Below, one piece after another: positions 1-9,129 of a stretch of DNA of 64,000 bases. Origin of the DNA: Candidatus Bruticola sp. (GTDB taxonomy: Bacteria > Vulcanimicrobiota > Xenobia > Xenobiales > Xenobiaceae). Position numbers and translations under genes: made by a program. Positions within the stretch are counted from its first letter, which is position 1. Every line of letters begins with the position of its first letter. Where the stretch lies: the NCBI GenBank assembly GCA_051874735.1, contig JBJEGD010000026.1:128001-192000 (forward strand), written 5' to 3'. The notes beneath the pieces were generated by a model. It did no database searches. It was not told the DNA's origin and worked only from the letters and a program-made list of their open reading frames with translations.

Positions 1-111
1 AGCATGCTTCTCTAGTGCGATGGAACGATAAATATGGAGGAATAGCGGAGAAAATATAAAAAAGCGCCGTAGCTTTTTTTCTTTATTTTTTATTAAATTC
101 GGAGTATTTTC

Positions 112-951
112 ATGTGCAGAGCGCAGCGTACTTTGGCGAAAGAAGTTTCCTTCGAAGGAGTAGGGATTCATACTGGGAGAGCGAGTCACCTAACTATTAA
201 GCCGGCTCCTGTCGATCACGGTCTCGTTTTTCTTAGTTCTGGAGAGTATATCCCTGCTACCTATGAGTACGTTATTTCTACAAAGCGCTCTACAACGATT
301 GGTAAGGGACAGGTCGCGGTAAATACTATCGAGCATTTAATGGCCGCTTTTGGAGGTCTTTCTGTGGATAATGCTCTTATAGAGATAGAAGGGCCGGAAG
401 TTCCTATTTTAGACGGTTCTGCTTTGCCTTTTTGTCAGGCTATGGAAGAAGCAGGTATAGTTAATATCAAAGGCAGTGAAGTAGAAGATTATTATCTGAG
501 CGAGCCCATTTTTGCTGCAGAAGGGGACAGTTTAGTTTTGGCTATGCCCGATTCCCAATATAATCTTGAAGGAGCTGTCAGCTACAACAGTCCTCAAGTA
601 GGTATTCAGCGATATCGTTACTGCGGATATGACAACTTTGTGACTCATATAGCTCCTGCTCGTACTTTTGGTTTTTGGTCTGAGGTAAAAACTCTCTTAG
701 AAAACGGATTAGGGCAAGGTGGCGATCTGTCTAATGCTTTAATTTATGATCGTCCTGGTTTTAATGCTGCAGAAAATCAGCGTTTTGTCAATGAACCGGT
801 GCGTCACAAAATTTTAGATTTAGCTGGTGATATTTGTCTGTTAGGTCGTCCGCTGTGTGCTTTTGTTTTGGCCGTTCGGGCTGGTCATAAATTGCATGTA
901 GAATTCGTTCGCAAAATCGCTGAGGAGATGAAAAAAAATGCTGAATACTAA
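112..951 (+). CDS. lpxC: UDP-3-O-acyl-N-acetylglucosamine deacetylase
   Basis: QRTL..GVGIHTG N-terminus, TIEHLMAA, EVPILDGSA, IAPARTFGF and RHKILD zinc motifs; GGAG RBS upstream. Confidence 0.97.
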   Translation: MCRAQRTLAKEVSFEGVGIHTGRASHLTIKPAPVDHGLVFLSSGEYIPATYEYVISTKRSTTIGKGQVAVNTIEHLMAAFGGLSVDNALIEIEGPEVPILDGSALPFCQAMEEAGIVNIKGSEVEDYYLSEPIFAAEGDSLVLAMPDSQYNLEGAVSYNSPQVGIQRYRYCGYDNFVTHIAPARTFGFWSEVKTLLENGLGQGGDLSNALIYDRPGFNAAENQRFVNEPVRHKILDLAGDICLLGRPLCAFVLAVRAGHKLHVEFVRKIAEEMKKNAEY

Positions 952-1363
952 AGATATATTGCACAGGATTAATTACAAAAGTCCTCTTTTTTTTGTTGAT
1001 ATTGTTAACGAGTTAGAGTTTCCTAAAATCTCTGGTTATAAAAATGTGACTATGAGCGAGCCCCATTTCGCTGGACATTTCCCAGGCAAACCCATTATGC
1101 CTGGAGTACTACAAATGGAAGCTTTGGTACAGATTTGCCGACTTCTCTATATAGGGAATGAAGAGGCTCCTATTAAAGTAAAAGAGCTCGATTTAGTTGG
1201 AGTTAAAAAATTTAAGTTTAGAACTCCTGTTGTTCCAGGAGATCGCCTCGATCTTTATGCTGAAGAAATTGAGCGTAACAACGAAAATATAGTGCTATCT
1301 GTTAAAGCTTGCGTTGGAGATAATGTCGCTTGTGAAGGAATACTTTCTTTCAGTTGGCAATAA
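938..1363 (+). CDS. fabZ: 3-hydroxyacyl-ACP dehydratase
   Basis: GHFPGKPIMPGVLQMEAL (catalytic His/Glu) and KFRTPVVPGD; overlaps lpxC; N-terminal PHRYPF motif diverged to NYKSPL. Confidence 0.93.
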   Translation: MLNTKDILHRINYKSPLFFVDIVNELEFPKISGYKNVTMSEPHFAGHFPGKPIMPGVLQMEALVQICRLLYIGNEEAPIKVKELDLVGVKKFKFRTPVVPGDRLDLYAEEIERNNENIVLSVKACVGDNVACEGILSFSWQ

Positions 1364-1479
1364 AAGGCGAACGCACGACCGTTTGCGGCTAGCTGTAGGA
1401 AATTTGCCATATACAGACGAAATTATAAACCGTTTTGTGTTCGCTTTTGCATAGAGACAAAAATTGGAGGATAAGCATT

Positions 1480-2418
1480 ATGAAGCCGATTAAAGTTGGC
1501 GTGGTCGGCATTGGTAGTATGGGGAAAAACCATGCTCGAGTGTGCGCCGAACTACCTCAAATTGAACTTACAGGCATGGTGGATCTCGATGAAGCCAGAG
1601 TCGCCCCTTTAGCTCAGCAGTACGGCACACAGTATTATAAAGATTATAAGAGTCTCTATGGCAAAATCGACGCTGTAGTTATTGTTGCACCTACACCGCT
1701 TCACTATCAAATCGCTCAAGATTTTTTGGAACAGGGCGTTCATGTCTTGGTAGAAAAGCCCATTACTGTAGAGGTAAGCGAGGCTAAACGGTTAGTGACT
1801 TCCGCTAAGGAAAAAAATCTTGTTCTGCAGGTAGGTCATTTGGAGCGTTTCAATCCAGCCGTAATAAAGCTTAAGCAGATGGTGAGCAAACCTGTGTTAA
1901 TAGAATGCCACCGCCTTTCTGGGCCTACTACTCGCAGTCTCGATGTCGGTATTATTTGGGATTTAATGATCCACGATTTTGATATACTTCTCAGTTTATA
2001 TAAATCTCCAGTAGCCGAAATCCATGCTATGGGGACTTCTATCTATTCTAAATTTGAAGATGTAGCTCACGTGCAAATGCGGTTTGAATGTGGGGCTGTA
2101 GCCAGTTTGGTAGCTAGTCGCAATTCCGGAGAAAGGAAGCGCAGTCTCAAAATTACTGAAGATACCGGACGAGTTTTGTCTCTCGATTTTATTAACCAAA
2201 CTTTAGTTATTTCTCGTCCTGGCCCCGATGGGCGTCCCCTAGATTTGGAGCCAGTTCACATCGAGAAAGAGGAACCTCTACGTTTGGAACTCAGCAATTT
2301 TGCAGATTGTGTGATTAATCACAAGGAACCTGTTGTATCCGGTGAGGATGGCAAGCGAGCTTTGGAATTAGCTGTTCACGTTTTGGAGAATATGCAAAAA
2401 ATTACGCTTTCTAAGTAA
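1480..2418 (+). CDS. Gfo/Idh/MocA-family oxidoreductase, GnnA-like (candidate UDP-GlcNAc 3-dehydrogenase)
   Basis: GIGSMG Rossmann motif, HVLVEKP, GHLERFNPA, DLMIHD; start moved to ATG 1480 behind GGAGG; lies between fabZ and lpxA. Confidence 0.85.
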   Translation: MKPIKVGVVGIGSMGKNHARVCAELPQIELTGMVDLDEARVAPLAQQYGTQYYKDYKSLYGKIDAVVIVAPTPLHYQIAQDFLEQGVHVLVEKPITVEVSEAKRLVTSAKEKNLVLQVGHLERFNPAVIKLKQMVSKPVLIECHRLSGPTTRSLDVGIIWDLMIHDFDILLSLYKSPVAEIHAMGTSIYSKFEDVAHVQMRFECGAVASLVASRNSGERKRSLKITEDTGRVLSLDFINQTLVISRPGPDGRPLDLEPVHIEKEEPLRLELSNFADCVINHKEPVVSGEDGKRALELAVHVLENMQKITLSK

Positions 2419-2468
2419 AGCAGCAATAAAAATTTTTCCGCTTAAAGTACAGAGAGGAGAGCCAAGAG

Positions 2469-3278
2469 GTGATTCATTCCAGCGCTATAGTACATCCCGG
2501 GGCACGCATCGGTGAGGGAGTAGAAATCGGACCTTTTTCTATTATCGGAGAAAATGTAGAAATTGGAGACGGAACTAAAATTATGTCTTCTGTCGTCATA
2601 GATGGATGGACAACTATAGGCAAAAATAACAAAATTTATCCGGGTGTATCTATTGGTCTGGCACCTCAGGATTTCAGTTATAAAGGGCAGCGTTCATTTG
2701 TAACTATTGGTGATAATAATGAGTTCCGTGAATATGTGACTATTCATAGGGCTGCCGATGAAGATGGTATTACTTCTGTGGGTAGCGGCAATCTGCTTAT
2801 GGCGAATGTACACATCGCTCATAACTGCCATATTGGTAGTCAAATTACTATGGCTAATTATGCTGGTTTGGCTGGTCATACTGTAGTAGAAGATCAGGCG
2901 GTATTAGGTGGGCTTGTAGGTATCCATCAGCACACCCGCATCGGTCGTTTGTGTATGGTAGGCGGATGCTCCAAGATAAATAAAGATTTGCCGCCCTTCA
3001 GTATTGTCGATGGTAATCCTTGTCGTCTCTTTGGTATGAATTTCCGAGGCATGCGGCGCCGTGACATTTCTAAGGAAAGTCGTTTAGCTGTTCATAAAGC
3101 TATCAATATTTTGGGCAGTTGTGGACTGACCTTAGACGCCGCTATAGAACGCATAGACAGTGAGTTGGAGCATACCCCTGAAATTGAACATTTCCTGACT
3201 TTCCTGCGCGGTGATTCTCATATGGGAGTTCTCAATAAAGCCGGCAACGTAGGGGCGAGAGCTCACAGTAACGCTTAA
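2469..3278 (+). CDS. lpxA: acyl-ACP--UDP-N-acetylglucosamine acyltransferase
   Basis: Hexapeptide repeats, PQD, REYVTIHR, HIAHNC (catalytic His), LAGH, IHQ; GTG start with AGGAG RBS. Confidence 0.96.
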   Translation: MIHSSAIVHPGARIGEGVEIGPFSIIGENVEIGDGTKIMSSVVIDGWTTIGKNNKIYPGVSIGLAPQDFSYKGQRSFVTIGDNNEFREYVTIHRAADEDGITSVGSGNLLMANVHIAHNCHIGSQITMANYAGLAGHTVVEDQAVLGGLVGIHQHTRIGRLCMVGGCSKINKDLPPFSIVDGNPCRLFGMNFRGMRRRDISKESRLAVHKAINILGSCGLTLDAAIERIDSELEHTPEIEHFLTFLRGDSHMGVLNKAGNVGARAHSNA

Positions 3279-3289
3279 TTGGTGCAGCT

Positions 3290-5737
3290 TTGACTGAAAA
3301 TAGTCAGCAACAATCATCTGCTTATCCTCAGTTGACGGTTGCGATAATCGCCATAGAGCCTTCTGCCGATCTTCATGGAAGCAATTTGGCTAGGGCTCTT
3401 TTGGCGATTAATCCGCATCTAAAACTGGTCGGCGTAGGCGGATCGCATATGGCCGCGTCGGGAGTCAGTCTGTGGTTAAGGACCACAGACATGGCAGTTA
3501 TTGGTCCCGGCGGGGCTATTGCTCGTTTGCCTAAATATATATGTTACTATTTGTACGTGCGCAGGCATTTGCTTAAGGAACATCCTCACCTCAGCATTTT
3601 AATAGACTGCCCCGCCGTTAACATGCGTTATGCTGGTCTTTTGACTCGCTATGGCTATCATTCTGTTTATTACTTTCCCCCTTCTGCCTGGACAACCAGC
3701 GAAGTGCGTCTTAGACAGATTTTTAGCCGCACAGATAGGGTAATTTGTACCTTCTTGAGCAATGCCGAAAATTATCGCCGTCTGGGTATGGATGTAGATT
3801 TCTTCGGCCATCCTCTTATCGATATGCCCGAGTTAGGAATTTCTGCAGAAGAAGCTAAAAACAAGTTGGGGCTGGTAGGCGAAAATATTTTGGCTTTACT
3901 TCCGGGCAGTCGTGCTTCAGAAATAAAGTATCTATTGCCGATTTTTTTAGAAATAGTTGCTAAGTTGCATCAAGAAATAGAAAATTTGCAGGTACTTGTA
4001 CCTTGTGCAACTCAGGCGCTTCGCAGGCAAATAGTTGCCTATATGGGGGATAGGTTCCCTTATGTGCGTGTTTTAAATGGGCAGTCTCGTTTAGCCCTTT
4101 TAGCTTGTCGAGCAGCGTTGATGAGCTCTGGCACAGCTAGCCTGGAAGCTGCGATATTAGGCGCCCCAATGGTTCTGTCTTATAAACTTTGTCCCTTCGA
4201 TGCTGTTATAGGTAAGTTCCTGATTTGGAGTGGTTTATTAAAAATTGAGCATATCGGGTTGCCCAGTTTGGTCGCTGGACATCGCATTGTTCCAGAGTTT
4301 GTTCAAGATGAAGTTTCACCTGAAAATATTATCCCTCATTTGCGCAATTTTATGCGAGATACTCCTGAGCGGTGCCAAATAAAACAAGATCTTTTAGATA
4401 TGAGGAAGTCCATGGGCGCTCCTGGAGTAATTACCAAGATAGCCTCTTCTTTATATAGTCGCATTGAGAGCAGTGCTGCTGAAAGGATGGCTGAACCTTT
4501 CGACATTGTTATAACATCTAATTCTCCTGGAGAGGTGTCCACGTGGGTGCGACGCACTGTTGCTCAGTTGGAGGTTAAAAACAAAGGGCAGTTTAGAGTT
4601 ATAGTAGCGTTAGTTCCATGTCCTTATGCTTCCGGAGCTGAAGCTGAAGTCGCCGCTTCTCTGCCAGGCGTTTCCATTGTTCTGACGCCTAGTCAGACTG
4701 TGCGTTTAATGTGCGGCATGTTCAACGATTTTGAGCTGCGTAAAAAGGGAGTAGTAGTATTTTTAGGCGGTGATCTTATTCACGCTAAAATTTTGGCTTG
4801 GCGTTTAAAATATCGCTCTATAGCCTATGCAGCTAGATACAACAGGCTAATCTACTATTTTGATAAAGTCGCTGCTTCAGATATTTCACTGGCCTCTGAA
4901 TTATTAGAAGCTGGAGTTAATGAAGTTGTTAATATAGGTAATTTAAGTATTGATGGGGTTATTTCTGAAGTTGATAGGGAAGCAGCTGATAAAGTATCCC
5001 GTAGAACTGGCTTGAAGATTGGCATTTTCCCAGGATCGCGTTTTCTGCATACTAAGATCGCTCTAGGAGTGTTTTTGCGTGTAGCTGCTCTAATAAAAAC
5101 GCGTCACCCTGAGGTTGAATTTGTCCTTTCTGTATCGCCTTTTCTTTCCCCAGCTCGGCTGGAATCGGCACTTTGTAATCCTTTTAGTTTGGGGCTTCCG
5201 GTAGCTAAGGGTAAATTGCTCAGTGCTGATCGCATTGCAGTTGAGTGTATGTATGAAGATGAACAGGCTGCAGGACGCAGTTTTGAAGTTGAAGTTTTGT
5301 GGGGCCATCCTTATCAAGCTATTGCAGAAATAGATATGGCACTTACCATTCCGGGAACGAATACTGGAGAGTTGGGGTGTTGCGGCAAACCTATGGTAGT
5401 AGGACTTTCTGCTGATGCTTCCCTGCCCAGAGGAGGTTTGGGCGGCTTATTTGAAAGGATGCCAGTTTTATCAAAACTTAAGAGTTATTTGCGCTTGCGT
5501 TCTTATGCGCGTCACGGTTTCGCTGCGATCCCTAACCGTATTGCTTCTAGAGCTATCGTTCCTGAAGTTTTAGTAAAAAAAGATACGTCTGTGCTGGCCC
5601 AGCCTATTTTAGAGTGGATTGAAACTCCTGAGAAGTACGCCCGTGTTTCCCAAGATTTAAAAGACACTATGAGAACGACAGAGGGAGCGGGCAAGCGCAT
5701 GGCTGAGTTGATCCTGGGTTTGGTTGATTCTAAATAA
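3290..5737 (+). CDS. lpxB: lipid-A-disaccharide synthase fused to a second LpxB-like GT-B domain
   Basis: N-half has EPSADLHG, IDCPAVN, FFGHPL, LLPGSR, SGTASLE; C-half (from about nt 4496) has SNSPGE, FLGGD, IFPGSR, IPGTNTGEL. Confidence 0.88.
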   Translation: MTENSQQQSSAYPQLTVAIIAIEPSADLHGSNLARALLAINPHLKLVGVGGSHMAASGVSLWLRTTDMAVIGPGGAIARLPKYICYYLYVRRHLLKEHPHLSILIDCPAVNMRYAGLLTRYGYHSVYYFPPSAWTTSEVRLRQIFSRTDRVICTFLSNAENYRRLGMDVDFFGHPLIDMPELGISAEEAKNKLGLVGENILALLPGSRASEIKYLLPIFLEIVAKLHQEIENLQVLVPCATQALRRQIVAYMGDRFPYVRVLNGQSRLALLACRAALMSSGTASLEAAILGAPMVLSYKLCPFDAVIGKFLIWSGLLKIEHIGLPSLVAGHRIVPEFVQDEVSPENIIPHLRNFMRDTPERCQIKQDLLDMRKSMGAPGVITKIASSLYSRIESSAAERMAEPFDIVITSNSPGEVSTWVRRTVAQLEVKNKGQFRVIVALVPCPYASGAEAEVAASLPGVSIVLTPSQTVRLMCGMFNDFELRKKGVVVFLGGDLIHAKILAWRLKYRSIAYAARYNRLIYYFDKVAASDISLASELLEAGVNEVVNIGNLSIDGVISEVDREAADKVSRRTGLKIGIFPGSRFLHTKIALGVFLRVAALIKTRHPEVEFVLSVSPFLSPARLESALCNPFSLGLPVAKGKLLSADRIAVECMYEDEQAAGRSFEVEVLWGHPYQAIAEIDMALTIPGTNTGELGCCGKPMVVGLSADASLPRGGLGGLFERMPVLSKLKSYLRLRSYARHGFAAIPNRIASRAIVPEVLVKKDTSVLAQPILEWIETPEKYARVSQDLKDTMRTTEGAGKRMAELILGLVDSK

Positions 5738-5738
5738 T

Positions 5739-6392
5739 ATGAAAATTCCTAATGAAAATTGCCAAAATATTGCTACTCCTTTTATTTTCAAGTGGCGAGG
5801 CTTGATTATGGCAGTAGTGACGGCTATCATACTGGCTGCTGCCAAGCCAACTTTAGTTACCTGCTGCTGGGGAATTGGCTTTGTACTTTTAGGAGAGCTG
5901 TTGCGTTCATGGGCTTTGGGCTGGACTGGAGAACATACACGTAGTCAGGAATTAATGGCGTCTTTTTTAGTTACTGGCGGTCCTTATAAATACATACGCA
6001 ATCCACTGTACTTAGGCAATATTTTAAACGGATTTGGGGTTATGGTTGCTGCTTCTGGAGCTATGTCGTATTTGGGAACGGCTGCTTTGTGGGCTTTTGG
6101 TCTTCTATCTCTTTATATGGTTTATGCTTCATGTATAATCGCTGAAGAAGCTTTCTTGGCTATGCGTTTTGGTGATCTCTTCTTCCGCTACAGAGCAGTT
6201 ACGCCGACCATTGTACCGCGTTGGGGAGATTATCTCGATTTTATAAGCAGTTTTTTCAATTTCTCTTCCTGTACAGATGTTCAATATGAAGGGAGAGGCT
6301 TCTTCTCTTGGCAATCTTTAAAATTTGAATATAGTACTTGGGGATGGATAATTGCTGTTTGGTCTTGTTTATTTATAAAAGCTTTCATGTAA
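5739..6392 (+). CDS. isoprenylcysteine carboxylmethyltransferase/PEMT-family membrane methyltransferase (LmtA-like)
   Basis: LVTGGPYKYIRNPLYLG, EEAFL..RFG..F..Y, several TM helices; ATG 5739 directly after the lpxB stop. Confidence 0.85.
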   Translation: MKIPNENCQNIATPFIFKWRGLIMAVVTAIILAAAKPTLVTCCWGIGFVLLGELLRSWALGWTGEHTRSQELMASFLVTGGPYKYIRNPLYLGNILNGFGVMVAASGAMSYLGTAALWAFGLLSLYMVYASCIIAEEAFLAMRFGDLFFRYRAVTPTIVPRWGDYLDFISSFFNFSSCTDVQYEGRGFFSWQSLKFEYSTWGWIIAVWSCLFIKAFM

Positions 6393-6400
6393 AAACATTT

Positions 6401-6436
6401 AGTGCTTATCCCCTGCCTTAGGCTGGGATAAGCACT
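6401..6436. terminator. inverted repeat between convergent operons
   Basis: agtgcttatccc-N12-gggataagcact, perfect 12-bp arms; weak U-tails. Confidence 0.6.
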
Positions 6437-6477
6437 TGACCAGGCTATGTTATATGCTGCTATTCTCTAGTTAATAG

Positions 6478-7653
6478 TTAAGGCCGCATGGAAATCTCGG
6501 TTAAAATTTGAGCCATGCGGGCTGCTCCTCCGGGAGGGCCTAGTCTCTCTTGGCCGATAGATCCGCGCCGTTGCCGATCAGCTTTGTCTTGCATTAGGCG
6601 ACATAGAGTTTCGATTATATCGGGATCGTAATCTTCACAAACAATAAGAGCCTCACCGAGCAGCCCCTTTTGTCTGGCCCTATACCACTTTAAACGAGTC
6701 TCTCCGCCTGGTTCATAAGCAACAACAGGAATACCGTGACCAGCCGCTTGTTCATGTGCTGTGCCCGCCAATCCTAGAGCGACTTGACTGTATTTTAGTA
6801 CATCAGCTAGATGGCCTTTGATAAGAAAGAACTGAACTTGATACTCCGCCTTGTTGTCTGCAAGTTTAAGTTCGCTCCAACCCGGATAAGGTGCTTCGTT
6901 CATAACAAAACCCGGACAGGCCTGTGCTAACTTTGAGGTATCAATAGATGGAGCTACGGCAATAAAGGCACAAATTTTCTTATTTAAGCGTTGAGACAGC
7001 TGGCAACTTATTTCTAAAAGGCGAGGCAGTACCCTGTAAGTAGCTTGTCTGCTGCCGGGAAAGAGAGCTAGGCCTATTTCTTTGCTGCTGTCTAGACTGA
7101 AGTCCAGTTCTTGAGGAACCAAACCATCCATCATAGCATTACCTACCCAGATAGCTTTAACTCCTTTTTGACGCAGACTGGCAGCTGTAGGTTCATCTCG
7201 GACAATAGAGCGAACTTTGAAAGTTCTCAGAACCCAAGCTTCTAGAGCTGAGTAAGGATGATGATAGTCAGATTTAGCCGTGCCAATGAAGGTTATTGGG
7301 CGTATACCAGATAGGGCAGCTAGAATAACTGGCCAAAGATCGCCGACAGCGGCAATGTGATTGAAACGGTGACGATTTGAGCGCAGCCAAAACAGCTGTT
7401 TTAAAGTTAAATAGGCTAAGCCGCCGCCAAGATCTTTCCAAAAATTACGCCAATCTTCTTGAATAAGGCCGCCGCTGGGCATGTCGCTGACAGGGCCGTT
7501 TATGGGAGCTATTCCTTTGTACGCTGAGCCTTCTCCAACCAAAGGTAAAGCTTCTATATCGATTGATTTAGGCAGCTCCTTAATTATCTGGGCAGCTATG
7601 GAATCTTCACCGGCTCCGTTAGATACAAGTAAAAGGCGTTGAGGGGCGGGCAT
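6478..7653 (-). CDS. lipid-A-disaccharide synthase-related GT-B protein
   Basis: LVSNGAGED, LPLVGEG, MPSGG, AVGD, GTAKS, VGNAMMD, LFPGSR, AGTAHEQAAG.GIPV; ATG 7653 with AAGGAG RBS. Confidence 0.85.
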   Translation of the reverse strand: MPAPQRLLLVSNGAGEDSIAAQIIKELPKSIDIEALPLVGEGSAYKGIAPINGPVSDMPSGGLIQEDWRNFWKDLGGGLAYLTLKQLFWLRSNRHRFNHIAAVGDLWPVILAALSGIRPITFIGTAKSDYHHPYSALEAWVLRTFKVRSIVRDEPTAASLRQKGVKAIWVGNAMMDGLVPQELDFSLDSSKEIGLALFPGSRQATYRVLPRLLEISCQLSQRLNKKICAFIAVAPSIDTSKLAQACPGFVMNEAPYPGWSELKLADNKAEYQVQFFLIKGHLADVLKYSQVALGLAGTAHEQAAGHGIPVVAYEPGGETRLKWYRARQKGLLGEALIVCEDYDPDIIETLCRLMQDKADRQRRGSIGQERLGPPGGAARMAQILTEISMRP

Positions 7654-7685
7654 AATCTCTCCTTTTAAGTTTTTTAGCAGCAAAT

Positions 7686-8531
7686 TTAAGCTAAACTTAT
7701 CAACTTACAGTGACTTAGCTGTGGATTATCCATATTGTATTCAATTTCATTTATATGTTTGGCGAATGCACCAGTTTGTACAATAAAAGAACCATTAACT
7801 TGACAAGGTGAGTCCAGTTGGGTATGGGTATGGCCTCCTAAAATCCAGGTGCCTGGCGGCGTATTAACCGCCAATTGCTGATCTCGGTCAAAACCTATGT
7901 GACTGATGATAACTAAATTAGTTCTTAGACCTAATTTAGCTGAGCAGCGATCAGCTATCTGAGGCAAAGTTGTCTCTGCTTTGAAAAAACGAAAACCAAA
8001 TATTTTTTCCCATATGGCATTATGAGGGTATTGCACCGGCATGGCTGATAAAATCAGCAAGGCACAATTTGAGCTCCAAGAGCTGTTAAAAAGCGCCAGA
8101 CCGGGAATCCAGCGCTCTGAGGATAGTTCTTGCCAGGCCGAGGAGTTACGCCAGTTAGCAGAACTGCAGTCTATTATTGGTATATCTTGAATTTGCTCGA
8201 CAAATTCGCGCTGAGTTAAATGACCACTAAGACGTATATCAGACAAATTAGTACAGATAAGCGGAAAAGAACGCTGTCTAGCTCTTTTGTCTAGAATACG
8301 CCTTTGATAATTGAACTCTCGATTGCCCATAGCCATGGCTGCGCAGCCGACAGAACTCATTTTATCTAAGTTTGGTTCAAAGTTTTTCCATACTGTGTTA
8401 GAACCGATTAGAGCGTCGCCGCTGTCAAAATAAAGGGCTTGACCTGCGGCTATAGAGGCCTGGGCCTGGCTTTTGAGCCAAGCCAAAGCCTCGCTGCGTC
8501 CGTGCATATCGTTGGTATGATAAATAATCAT
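7686..8531 (-). CDS. calcineurin-like metallophosphoesterase
   Basis: HTNDMHG, DSGD, GNREF, SHIG and GGHTH metal-ligand motifs. Confidence 0.88.
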   Translation of the reverse strand: MIIYHTNDMHGRSEALAWLKSQAQASIAAGQALYFDSGDALIGSNTVWKNFEPNLDKMSSVGCAAMAMGNREFNYQRRILDKRARQRSFPLICTNLSDIRLSGHLTQREFVEQIQDIPIIDCSSANWRNSSAWQELSSERWIPGLALFNSSWSSNCALLILSAMPVQYPHNAIWEKIFGFRFFKAETTLPQIADRCSAKLGLRTNLVIISHIGFDRDQQLAVNTPPGTWILGGHTHTQLDSPCQVNGSFIVQTGAFAKHINEIEYNMDNPQLSHCKLISLA

Positions 8532-8556
8532 GCAACTTAGAGATGACTTATAACAA

Positions 8557-9129
8557 TCAATTTTTGCTTCGCTGGGAAACTTTTGAGCTTCTTTCCTGAG
8601 CTACTTCGGTATAGACTTGACGGTAGCGATCTATTCCTATATATCTACAAATTACTATACCGTAACCTATTATCCAACCGACTCCAGCTAGAGAAGCACC
8701 ACCCAAACATACCCCTAATATTAAACCAATGCATCCGAAAATTAAACTGTTTAGCATAGGCTTAGAATCTAGTGATATTGAGTAACCTAAAGAAAGCCCA
8801 ATAATAGCTCCCACTAGTCCGTAGTAACTACCTTTGCCTATATCTGCAGCCGTGGTTGCAATAGCCAAACTCGCTTTAGCTGCCTGCACAAGTGAATATT
8901 CAGACTGGCCAGCATCGATAATGGAGTTCGCTCCCCACAAGAATCCCATCATCAGTCCCATGCCGGCGAAGCAGAGGCAGTACAAAGTCCTCTGTTGTTT
9001 GGTAAGAAAAGTTACAGACTGTTCTGTATTACTAGTCTTATTCGCGGTAGACGATGAATTTTTTTTATCTTGCTTAGCGTTTTTCTTTTCTTTTTTTTTG
9101 CTGTCTTTGAGAGACGCCGGATCACTCAT
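8557..9129 (-). CDS. hypothetical membrane protein
   Basis: Lys-rich N-terminus, about 4 Gly-rich hydrophobic segments; overlaps the stop of the upstream gene. Confidence 0.7.
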   Translation of the reverse strand: MSDPASLKDSKKKEKKNAKQDKKNSSSTANKTSNTEQSVTFLTKQQRTLYCLCFAGMGLMMGFLWGANSIIDAGQSEYSLVQAAKASLAIATTAADIGKGSYYGLVGAIIGLSLGYSISLDSKPMLNSLIFGCIGLILGVCLGGASLAGVGWIIGYGIVICRYIGIDRYRQVYTEVAQERSSKVSQRSKN

